Assembly (NCBI GenBank): GCA_965645245.1
Contig: OZ287069.1
Coordinates: 1,922,001 to 1,986,000 of the forward strand
Length of the DNA stretch: 64,000 nucleotides
Origin: Massalongia carnosa
Taxonomy: Eukaryota
Reading direction: 5' to 3'
Shown here: piece by piece, positions 53,403 through 64,000 of the stretch
Layout of the letters: every line of letters starts with the position of its first letter
Position numbering within the stretch: the first letter of the stretch is position 1
Notes under the pieces: model-generated
What the model was told of the DNA's origin: nothing
Seen by the model: only the letters and a program-made list of their open reading frames with translations
Databases searched by the model: none
Translations under genes and position numbers: made by a program

Positions 53403-54076
53403 TCAAACTTTCTCTCCTTTCGCTCCCCCATCCTCGTTCGTGAATGTTAAACTAATGCTATTCACGCAATGGCGCTCATCCGTCGGCGTCGGATACCCCT
53501 CGCCCTTGAACACATGTCCTAAATGCCCGCCGCAGTTGCTGCATACGATCTCCGTGCGTGCCATGCCGAACGTGCGGTCCGTGTGCCGTGTCACCGCGCC
53601 TGGGATCGAGTCATAGTAGGCCGGCCAGCCGCAGCCGGACTTGAACTTGTGTGTTGCTTTATAGAGCGGCGCAGCGCACGCGGCACATGTGTAGATGCCG
53701 TTGGCGGGCATGTGTTTATCGTAGACACCAGTGTAAGGGGCTTCGGTGCCTTTTTCGCGGAGGATGCGGAACTGCTCTGGCGAGAAGAGTTAGGTGATTA
53801 GAGGTTGAGTAAAGAGAAACTGGGGGATTTACCTTTGCTAAGCACAGCCTGCCACTCATCCTCGCTTTTCTCCACCGGATACGACATGTTCCTCGAGCTC
53901 GCGCTGCTGAAGAAAGATCCTAAAAACGGGAACGTGGGCATAGACCTCAGAATTGTGCCACGGAGAAAGGGTGAGAGAGCTTGGTGAATTGGACTGCGAG
54001 AAACAGCACGATAAGACGTGAGGTTGGCAAAAGCGTAGAAGGTACGGATAAGAGTTGGGATTGATGGAATGCGCAT
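53403..54076 (-). CDS. MXR2: Peptide-methionine (R)-S-oxide reductase MsrB
   Basis: EDEWQAVLSK|EQFRILREKGTEAPYTG, GIYTCAAC, KFKSGCGWPAY, RTEIVCSNCGGHLGHVFKGE..ERHCVNSISL. Intron 53777-53832. Confidence 0.95.
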
Positions 54077-54990
54077 CTAGGTAGGTAGGTAGGCGGTGAA
54101 TGGGTTATATAACGCAAACGCCAAGACGGCGAAGACTACGGATTAGACGTAAAGTTGTCGTGGAATGATTTGTATTTGCTCCATTAGTTGACGACGCCAC
54201 ATCCTGATGATGACATAGAAACCAGTAGCGAACTATTTTTTAGTGCATTTGACAGCTCTTGGGAATCCCCGAGATACGTCAGTCCGGCCCTTATGATTCC
54301 TCATCCGCAGCCGCAAGTAGCCACACCCACAAACAAAGAGTAAAAACCAACTGCAAAAGCCATAATCTGTAAGCACTGAGCTACGGCCATAAAAAGTGTG
54401 GCTTCTCATCCACGAATATCGTTGATGATTTTCTATCAAACAAAAAGTATCGGAGTTCTTTTGGAGACGGGATACTTGTCTTGGAAGTGCGGTTTTCGGG
54501 TAATATACAAGAGATAGAAATTTCAGCCTAACGCACCTCTCTTCCCCCTTCAGGTAGGTCTTGCATGATAGAGTGCAAAGCCAGTCAGGGGTAAGTCGAC
54601 GACAACAACAACACCAGCAGCTTCCACCACAACCTCCTCGTGTTTTCGTTATCCCGCGCAATCAACCTTAAAACCCGACTCCTCACACCTCACGCCCCCA
54701 CACCCCTTCCCTCCCGTTCAATATCCCATGCCATGTGTAAACCTCCATCTACCGCGGATCCCGTTGAATTGAAGCCCGCTTATGTGCATTGCGCACTATC
54801 GCGTTTCCAACGCAAGTGAACGATGCTTGGTATACAGTAAACCGGGGACCCTGGAAATAATCGCTGAAGAAAGACCATCAAAAGTCCATCCTTCCCTCCG
54901 ACATCCGTGACGGACTCTGAACTCCATCCTTTGTTCCGTCGCTCGTCCGATTATTAATCATTTCCATAAAGTGGAGCTAAGACCTTTCTT

Positions 54991-57900
54991 TTACCACATC
55001 TCGTCCGACGATCGTGCCGGATCGTCGAACTGCGACTGTTGATGTTGAAAGGCCGACGAGTTCTGCTGTTGATTTCGGTAAGGGAAATTGCCACCACTAT
55101 GAATGAGGTGGCCGTTGCCAATTTCTAGTGTATGTGTCTCGTGTTGACTGGCCCGGGATTGCGGCCTATTCAGCTGGTTAGGTTCGGCATGACCGTACTC
55201 ATATTGCGCACTTTCAGCATGGTTGCCTAAGTCGTGAGGTAGAGACTCCGCTTGCGCTTGGTCTTCCTCCTGCTGTTGCTTTTGCTGTAGCTGTTTATCG
55301 TTAGTCTGGAGTTGCCCGTTATCATCACCTGCAATTATGCTTACTTCTTGATACTTTTGATACTGGTAGAACTCCTCGGGTTGCTCGGCTTTTTTCTGCT
55401 GCTGCTTCTGCGCCGCTGGTTGAGGAATTTGGATCTGGGGGTGCATTTGTTGAACTTTAGCTAAATAAGAATACATAAAGTTGCTGAGCAGAACTTGTGA
55501 GTGCAAGGCTCGTCTTGGGTTGGCAAGCTTGATATGTGCCATCCGGTAAATGGCTCTTTCTTCAAGAATAGAAAAGCGAGTCCAGTTATAATCAACGTCT
55601 GGCTTCAATACCCGTTGCGGGGGATCTGGCGATAAACCACGCATGATCTGCTTTTTCCCTGTAGCTTCTCGTTCATTCTTCTTCTTGCCACCAAATAGGG
55701 TGGAAAAGAGGCCTGGATCTTTTTCTCGCTTGGTATCGCTACCAGATGATTTTCGACTACTCTCCTTTCTTCGTTCTTCTTCAAGCTTCACGTCTCCACG
55801 GTCAAGAACGAGGCTTTCTCGGCCTCGAGTACCTTCCATTGTAGTTTGCAATAAATCCAACCTAGTATTGTCATGAGATTTATCTGGTGGTTTACCAAGT
55901 TTCGATTTGGATTTCTTGTTTTCATCGTCTCGTTTCTTGTCCTTCTCTTTTTCTTCATTCCCTAAAAGCGAACCCCAGCTCCAGCTGGACTTCCTGGGCC
56001 CATCGGCTCCCTCTTTGTCTTTTTTGTCCTTCAGCTTTTTACCCTCTACCTTTTTGTCTTCGGTGAAAGTAGGTATAAATGATAAGCTATCGGTCCGAGT
56101 GCTGTTCCCGGGTAGCGGAGATGGATGGGCGGCCATATCTTTTAGCGTCTGGTTTCCCTTCTCGCCTTGACCTTGTCGTCCAGGCGCAGACCATACCAGA
56201 CCACGGACCGAGGTAAGGCCAACGGGTAAAGGCCCTTTTGACAGCAGCGCAGGCGGTGGCTCATGCGATGATGACCTTTCCGGTAGATGACCTTGCCTAG
56301 ACATCGACCTTGTCTCTTCAGAAGATGGAGGTGTTTCAACTACATGGGGGACAATCTTTGCCAGAACTAAAGATGAGTCTAGCTTTCGACCGTTGGAGGA
56401 TATTTGGGACACAAAGTGCTTTGGGGCGCCAGCTGAACCAAGCTTTCCCCCCAAGGTTGGTGCTGATGGAGGATTCGGAGTCAGACTATCCCTAGGTACT
56501 TCGGTTGTAGAAGGTTTTGATGGGGTTCCCCGCCTTGGCCTTCCAGGTCTCGAAAAGTTTTCCGTTATTTTTTCAGTAGCAGGCAAAGGTTCTGTCTGAA
56601 CTCTTGTGAGACCAAGAATCTCGCCGGACGAAGTCATTGTTGATGAAATTGGCAATTCTTCGCCGTCTGTTTCTGTAGATCTGAGGCCACGCTTCGAGAA
56701 CGGTACTCGTTCTCCTTTTCGAAGGCTTCCTCTCCTGTAGGTAGTTCGAGTTGATCTCTTCAGGGAATTCCCTCCAGGAGCGGTAGGGAGGATTGGCATA
56801 TCGTCATCTGCCGCCTCAACGCTGCCTCCACTTAATCCCGTATCTATGCTTAGCCTCTGCCTGCTCTGTTCAGGGTCGCTGACAAGGACCTCGAGATCTT
56901 GCAAATTAGAGATTCCCGTAGGAAGCGTGTCAGCGCCCGAAAGAGATCTCTTGCGGTCCAATCTCTCGGCCCCATCGGTGTAGCCATCAGCTCCTCTTCC
57001 CCCTGAATTGTCTATTTGCCTTGAAAGCATAGACTTCTTCCTTCTAAGACTTCCACCAGACCCTTCGCCTTGTGAACTATCAGGCGAAAGGGACCTGTCC
57101 TCCGACCTTCGCTTAATAGAGCTGACTCGGCTATCGAGGAATGTCTTAAACTCTGTAGGTGCAAGCTCCGGATGAATTCTTGCGGGCACCCAGAAGAGCC
57201 GCGCTCTATCATCCTCATCTGCCGAGCCGGTGGGAGCGGCGCTAGGTATGCCAAAACTTGAGTTAAATGTTGGGAGATCAGGATCACCCGCTGCATTTAC
57301 ATCCATCGACATCCTGCGAAGCGCCTGTAGGTTGCTTAGCTCTTGAGCAACCGCAGCAGGATCTGACTCATAGTCGAGGTTGTTTAAAGGGAAAGGCGAA
57401 TTGGCCGTGTCGGAGTTCGAGCGCTGACGAAAAGAAGCGGAATGTGATAGCGGACCATTCTCGCGTTCATAAGAGTTTGTTCTTGGCGTCATCGTTGTGT
57501 TGTGGCCGTTCACTGATGAAGATGCTTTCCGGGATACTTGTTCGGTAGAGGTTGTCCCTTTCAAAGGATACTGAGAGCTGAGCGACTGGGGGCCCTCCGC
57601 GCGCCCAACCGTAAGAGTACTCTGGAATGTGCCTGGTGGAGGCGAAGCCAGAAAGCTCAGCGGTCTTAAGTCCTGTGTCCCATAATGATCGTCGCCATAC
57701 ATATCCCCAATGGCTTCCGTGACGTGATGGTTCTCGTCGCTGATCGACAGTTGCGGTATGTGTCCCCTCTTGCCAGCAAACCTTCCACCAAATTCGGGGT
57801 TTCTCGACGTCGTCTAGACAGAGGTTCAGAAAGTGAGCATGTTTCTTTGAGCAAGTGGGGTTCACGACAATCCACGAGGAGCTTTGGTGGGCCTAGTAGC

Positions 57901-58029
57901 TGCATATAGCCCCACAACGCCAGCGGGAGGGTTATTAACAGTCAGAGAACCACGAGTGTTCTGATAATGGGTAACCCAAGCATCTCTCGATGTGAAAAGA
58001 TGAAAGGATGATGTGAGACGTACCTGCAT
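54991..58029 (-). CDS. ZDS1: Zds1-family protein (Zds_C domain)
   Basis: LFWVPARIHPELAPTEFK and C-terminal WTRFSILEERAIYRMAHIKLANPRRALHSQVLLSNFMYSYL. Probable 2-codon first exon (ATG CAG, 58029-58024) with intron 57814-58023 giving MQ|TTSRNPEFGGRFAGKRGHIPQLSISDENHHVTEAIGDMY. Confidence 0.88.
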
Positions 58030-58770
58030 GGGCGCTACGGGCTTGTCAAAGGATAGTAAAGTTGCGAATGGGCCAAGGTAGGAGCTCTTTTGAGGGAGGG
58101 GGGGTGGCAGTCAGTGCACCACGCCTTTCATAAACTCAACACGTAATAGCATTGAGTGAAAGTATCGTCATTGTAGTAGGCATCGAAGTATCATATAAAA
58201 AAAGGCAGTGACGCAACAACCGCATATCTACGAGATCGTACATAGAGTGCAAGCAAAGAGTAAGTACTTATCGGATTCTGGATGTAGCATGAAGCAGGAA
58301 CATGCCGCTCCATCTCCGCTGAGCGCTACATCCAGAAAGGGATAGGGGGCGGAGCCCGTCACGCCTGGTTTTAAGGGTGGTCTCCCTGATGAATTACTTA
58401 CATAATTAACTGAAAACCACGCCATCTCCCTAGCCCAAGAGTGGCAAATGGCTCAACAACTTTGTGGTTGACGATGAGAACGAACGGGAAAGGATAGGTG
58501 TCCAACCACATGAGCATGTCTCAAGCACTCGGTACGTTGCTTGAAGTTTACCTAAGCAGCTCTCATGTCATCACAACGTATTCTGTACAGAAGCGGGGCG
58601 ATTGGATGCCTGGATGCATACATCTGTGGTTCATATTGAGAAACTACCCAGGCAGTAAGGGACCGTGAATGCACAAGAACGCACATAGCTAAGCTAAAGA
58701 CAATGCCCACAATCATTGGAGAACGCTGCACCAAACATTCAAGCCGAGAGAAATAAGCAAGTCTCATCCT

Positions 58771-60483
58771 TCAATATTTCTCCGAAGCTCTTTCAAGCTC
58801 AGATGTTGCCCATGGAGCTCTATCCACCGGATTGGCTCCACTTGATAGGCCACCCCCGCTGATGGGAGTATTGTGGGGCTGCTGCCCTGGAGCTGCGGAA
58901 TTCGGTGCTGTTCCAGGCTGGTGACCGCCAGCACTTGCCACTTCCCCAGATTTCGATCCAGGAAGCGCTTGTGATATACCTTGAGTCTGTACGGGAGGAA
59001 TGATCCGGCGTTCCTGATACTGCGGAGGAGGATGTTGCCCAGAAACATTCCCGCTTTCTACCGGGCTCGTAGGGACTGATCCTGAAAACTCGCCGCTGTA
59101 GTTGCCTGGACCCGACACTTTACGGATAATGCTGGTCCATCGTTCTGCATCAGAAGGTGTATGAGCTTTGAATGCGAACTCGTGGTTCATGGAAAGCGCC
59201 CCCCCGACTTTGCCTTTAGACGCATCTTTGCCTTTCACGTTGAATTGTACTCCATTTGTAGCTCCAATTGTACAGTGTGGAAGATAGAGGGACAGTTCTG
59301 GAGACGGATCTTTGCGGATATCATCATCATCTTTGAACTCATGGAGATATTTGCTTGGCGTCACCACGTAATACCCAGTGCAGTATCCTTTGAGTGCGTG
59401 CTTACGCTCGAGAGTGCCGGCAATCAAGGGCTGGGTAGACTCATGGTTCTGGTTGGGGAAGGAAATCCGCGAGAGGTCGCGCTTTGGAGCCGCCGGGTCG
59501 ATGAGGAGCGTTCCGTTGCGGTGAACGAAACCTTTCCATTCAAAGTCAAGAGGGATATGCTGCGTGGTGGCAACTATGTCGGAGTACATGGCCTTTTGTC
59601 GATCCGCTTGGCCGCCTACAGTTTGAAGGAAAGCTGACATAGCCTGTTGAATCGTTTGGATTAAGTGAGCCTCAAATTGTTGGAACGAGTCTTGCACCGC
59701 GAGGAGGTCGTGACGATTGTTGTTTTCCTCCAGAATTTGCTTGTTGAGGCGAAAGTTTACACCTCGTTGAATTACATAGGGATCGTTGGACGAATCGACT
59801 TTACTTGAACTAGAAAAGCCGCCTGTATATTGACCCAGAAGCTCGATCTGCTTTTGTGTGACATTTCTAGCCTTCTCGACGCTTTTCGATCCCTTCACCG
59901 CACCGCTTGATAGCTCTTTTGCTTTGTGCTTGATCTCCGCATATAGACGTCCCAAAATCGGCAACACCGAGCCTTTAAGGTTTTTCTCCGTTTCAAGATG
60001 AGAATTGGCAATAGCCTAAACAGATGGTAAATCACCGGTAAACTGAAAGCTTCAATGGAGCATACTTGAGTGTTGCTACGAATGTTCTCAAAAAGACCTG
60101 CTATACCGCCTAAGTTCTGGTCGAAATGATGCCCTTCCTTGAGAGGATCTGCGACGCTCTAGTAACTGCAATTAGCATCTCCTTTAATCAACCCACACAG
60201 CTATGTCAATACACCTTTAGAACTTTCTCATATTCTTTAGCGTGTGCCTTTTGCACCCTCTCCGTAGCAGTGATGTAGTTCTCTAGATACCCGACAGCAT
60301 GTTTCCATGCTTGCAGTCGCTCAAGTAGCAAGCCCGATGTCTAAGCTTTCTATTAGTTGAAAATGCACATGGCTAGGCTGGCTCCACTTGTGAGTTTACA
60401 TTACTGGAATCAACGTCTGGAACAGCGTCATCATCAGAACCCAAACCTCCAGTCCCTCTGTGAGTTATGTTTTTTTCCGCCAT
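58771..60483 (-). CDS. BAR-PH domain protein, Slm1-like
   Basis: MAEKNITHRG.., LLLERLQAWKHAVGYLENYI (BAR-like), PH domain GTLERK..GYYVVTPSKYLHEFKDDD..PELSLYLPHCTIG..FAFKAHTPSDAERW. Confidence 0.85.
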
Positions 60484-60823
60484 TTTTGCTATTTCGATAA
60501 GCTCGAGGAGATGTGTGTTATGGGTCAGCGTTATTATTTCATACTTTGTACCTGAAATACAATTCAGCCTCCAATAATCAATATGATCGCGGATTTGCAG
60601 TAAATACGCAAGGATCGAAGGTTGATCCTCTTTATGAAGGCTATTTCCATTTATTGGTAAAAGGATTAAATCTCGCTTGAGTAGCTTAAAGTTTTATAAG
60701 AATGTACAAAGAAACTACAAAGCAGTAATCCCCATGCTGAATTCTCGTCCTCACGCAAAAGCATGCCTAACGCTCACTGGTTCAAAACCGTAGAACTTTG
60801 CAATATGTGCAACGGCCGTTTCC

Positions 60824-62820
60824 TCAAGAATTATTCTGCACCATCAAAATCCTATGGCGCCGCTCTGCATCATTGATTTCATCTACAGTTCGCACCGGTG
60901 CAGAAGGATCTCCGGATAATCCTCGGCCATGCGTCTGCCCCGAATGTGTCGAAGGAGAAGTTTCAGGGATTCGAATCGCTGTTTGATAGTTCGGCAATCC
61001 GTCGTTAATGGGAGCTATAAATCGAGATTGCAAAGCTGTTGTGTAACTTGGGACCTTGGCCAGGTCTTCAGCGCTGAATTCAATGTGCTGAGGGGTGTGA
61101 GTTCCAGTTCGAACCGTATCTTCTTCTGACGCTCTTCGTGACACAGGATTGCTCGGACTTGGTCTAGCCGGGCTCCCTCTGGAATTGGATGGATACCCAA
61201 CTGCATGCGGAGAACTGAGTACTGACGGTGATAGCTCTCGTTCTCCGGAGTTCTCTCGCGCATAAGATTCAGCATTATCATCCACTGATCCGAGTCGATA
61301 CGGTCTATCTCGTGCCCATCGGCTTGATGCGGAATTCTCTAGATTATGGAGGCGATTATGAAGGACGGTTGCGGCGAAACCACTATTTGTCACTGCGTCC
61401 ATCGAGGTAAGGTTTTCCGTTGATGCCGTCCGGCTCTGTGACGTGAATGGGGTATTTATACCGCTTAATTCCCCAGCAGGTGTCATATAGCCACTTGCAT
61501 CAACTTCGCTGTACAGCTGATCGAACAAATGCTCCCCGTAAAGAGGTGGGGCAAGGTGGTTCAGCGCGTCGGAAGCTTGTATTTGTAAGTCCTGATAAAC
61601 CATATTGTTATTATCGTCAAGAGGTAGGTTGGGAGAAATGAACACGAGCAGGGGAAGCGTGGCATGTAGCTGTCGTTGATCAGTTCAGCATCCTGTGAGA
61701 ATTGTGTTATGAATATTACCTCCGAGATGTGAGCGTCCGGATTGTGCAATTGAATGTTGAAGCTCAAAATATGTCTGATTTTGAAGCCCTGAGTGTCAAC
61801 AGTCTGGAGACAATGTCGCAAGCTTTTAGGGATTGGGAGTAGCTTGTGAAGAATATACGCATCCTGTCCATCAACCTCCTCGGTTTGGGCATCATCAGGT
61901 AAATGCCACTTTTCCCTGGCGACCGTACGAAGAGTTGTGCGACATCGGGGGTGTTTTATGTTATCAAGTCGGAATTCTTGAGTCTCAATAAGTTCGGTGC
62001 AGATTTCCCCTATTTTTAAACCTTTCAATAAAGGCACCAACTTGAAATCAACCCTAATGGCTGTGCCAAAAATGACACCTTTCGTTGGCGTACTGAGGGA
62101 ATAGTTGAGTTTTCCCGCCCATACGTTCTCCACAGACTGTATTCATTGTCAAAAGACCATCCTCCCCCTCGACATTAGGACTCACCATTGCATGGGTGAG
62201 CTCCAGCGCGCTTGGATCGAGGGTTCTAATAATCCGAACGTGTTTTCGAGCAATCGAGTTCTGTTGCAGTATACCCCTTTCGATTGTCGCCTTCATCCGA
62301 TAAATAACCCAACTATCTGGGAGTCCTTCCACGCTCTCTGACCAGTTCCCAGGCAAGACGTGTTCAAAAGGCCATTCATAGTTGCCCTTCTGAAGAGTTT
62401 CCCCAGATCTCTTGCTGGGTATCAAAAAGTCCCAGGTACGGCGAAAAAACTCCTCCTGGCTCTTGACATAGCTCCCTTGGCTGCTACCAGGCTCTGCCCA
62501 GCTGGCGAAGTATTAGCCGCACCCTCAATCATACTTTCTCGCCACGCTTACGAAAGCCGTCTTTCGCCAGTAAACCGCATCCGCACACACTGGAGCCGGA
62601 GGGAATCCGAAAGGCATAATACAAGAGAACCCTTGAGTATAGCGCTCGAGGCTTCATCTTCACCCCCTCTAAGGAAGATATTATTTTGATCCAGGCTTCA
62701 AGCGAGACACATCGTTAGCATAATAGTTGCATTGATAGATTGAACTAAAAGAGTCTCGTACCGTATTTCAAAAAGGCTCACAGTGCCGACGTTACTGCCA
62801 GAGAAAAGGCTCGGAGCCAT
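60824..62820 (-). CDS. creD: Alpha-arrestin (CreD/Rod1-like ubiquitin-ligase adaptor)
   Basis: MAPSLFSG..FEIR|LDQNNIFLRG, GNYEWPFEHVLPGNWSESVEG, ENVWAGKLNYSLSTP; PY-type motifs PPLYGEH, VPSY, LPNY. Confidence 0.88.
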
Positions 62821-64000
62821 GTGAAGAATAGAGACTTTTCTCTACGCCAAGAACCTAAAGCCAAAGAGCTGAAGTGAGTAATAACGACAGCAACTGGAGT
62901 CCATCCATGCTGAATTGGCTTTGAGGTCATCGCGCTGAGAAGCCCACGAAACAGGTTAAAAGGGAGGGATAAAAAAAATCGAGCGGGTACCTATCAAGAA
63001 AGGGTAATGGATGACCCACAATCACGGAGTACGGTCCTAGGAATTATCCGGATCAATCCACGCGGCTGATATGCGGCAGTTCAATCCCTGCAGCGCCCTA
63101 GGGGGAGAAATGGATCTGCAGATCAGATTGCTAAAGCTAAAATTAGGCTGTAGACAGAAGTATGACATTAAGAAAGTTCTTCTCCTTTACCTGCAAAGGA
63201 TATAATGCTACTTTCATAACAAGCGTTGGCTGAACAGCGCCCAAGGCAGCCAAGGCAACTGAACGCTGTTGCATTCTCAAAGGAAGTCACGCCAGTTCCG
63301 GAATATTCACACCTTGTCCGCTTGCAGCAGGTTCTAGCTCCTAAACTATTTTTCATCTTGTCTCACATGTATGGATAGAGTAATTATCAGACACAAGCCT
63401 TCTACTCTCTCTACTTTTTATCTTACCTTTATCGAGCTTATGTTGTCTTTTCAATGTTCACTTCGTTTCTGTAACGTTGGCTAATCGCTCCTATGGTTAT
63501 GAGAGACTTTTGCCTTGAAAAGTTTGAAGAATTGTTTACTGACTTCGTGTGGGGGTTGAGAATTGCAAGCACAATTCATGGATTTTAACCATGGACCACC
63601 AACTCTCTACTTGCTCCGAGTCAACAGGGCCAGCAATGGAAACATTTGAAGATAGCGGTTTCTCCTTCGCCTACGAGGGACTCGCTGCCCTATCTCATTC
63701 GTGCACGGCAACAAGATAGACAAAGAACAGGCTTGCCTACGATTCACTATGACGGACGTTATACTGTGCATAAATACCATAAGACATGCACTTCACCTAT
63801 GAATTATGTAAGACTTTATTAGATATCATCCGATGGACTATCCGCAACTGTAGCTGAGTAACACGGTGTTCGATGACACAGTATCGTCCATTGATCAGTA
63901 TCTGAGAATATTATATATAACGAACAAAAAGTGAAAACGTATGAGTTGTATACGAGCAGAACTTGAGGAACTAAAAAGCCAAGGTACTTTTTAATGTGAT

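Noticed and set aside
54160..54230. Possible C/D box snoRNA (ATGATT..CTGA, TGATGA)
   Set aside because: Box spacing is too short, and no terminal stem or guide could be identified.
63070..63100. tRNA-like T-loop GTTCAATCC
   Set aside because: No proper 5-bp T stem, and no acceptor, D or anticodon arms could be folded.
63400..64000. Possible gene fragment at the right edge
   Set aside because: Only short open stretches without recognisable motifs; cannot be judged without flanking sequence.

Overview
Eukaryotic, intron-rich genomic DNA from a filamentous ascomycete (Pezizomycotina-type GT..CTRAC..YAG introns; a finer taxon cannot be fixed from this window). It holds about 16 recognisable conserved genes: UFD4-like HECT ligase (5'-truncated), cytochrome b5, hydroxyacid-oxoacid transhydrogenase, vigilin/Scp160, PAK/Ste20, Hse1, glyoxalase I, a LAMTOR2/Ego3-like roadblock protein, Arp4, Gup1, an Sft1/Bet1 SNARE, an ArfGAP, MsrB, Zds1, a BAR-PH protein and a CreD-type arrestin. 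There is also one long uncharacterised gene. Three distinct pogo/Fot1 DNA transposons with TIRs and TA duplications are present. A decayed copy ends 94 bp upstream of the cytochrome b5 start codon. An intact copy with perfect 85-bp TIRs is nested inside the transposase of a third. An accessory-looking block at about 43.5-49.5 kb carries a PTH11-like pseudogene and a head-to-head intronless pair. One member has a C-terminal DUF6590-type domain whose motif order resembles PemK/MazF endoribonucleases; the other is an acidic coiled-coil orphan. That pair is my best candidate for an undescribed system, but it rests on inference by eye. No rRNA, tRNA or CRISPR was found. All calls are by manual recognition; no database searches were run.
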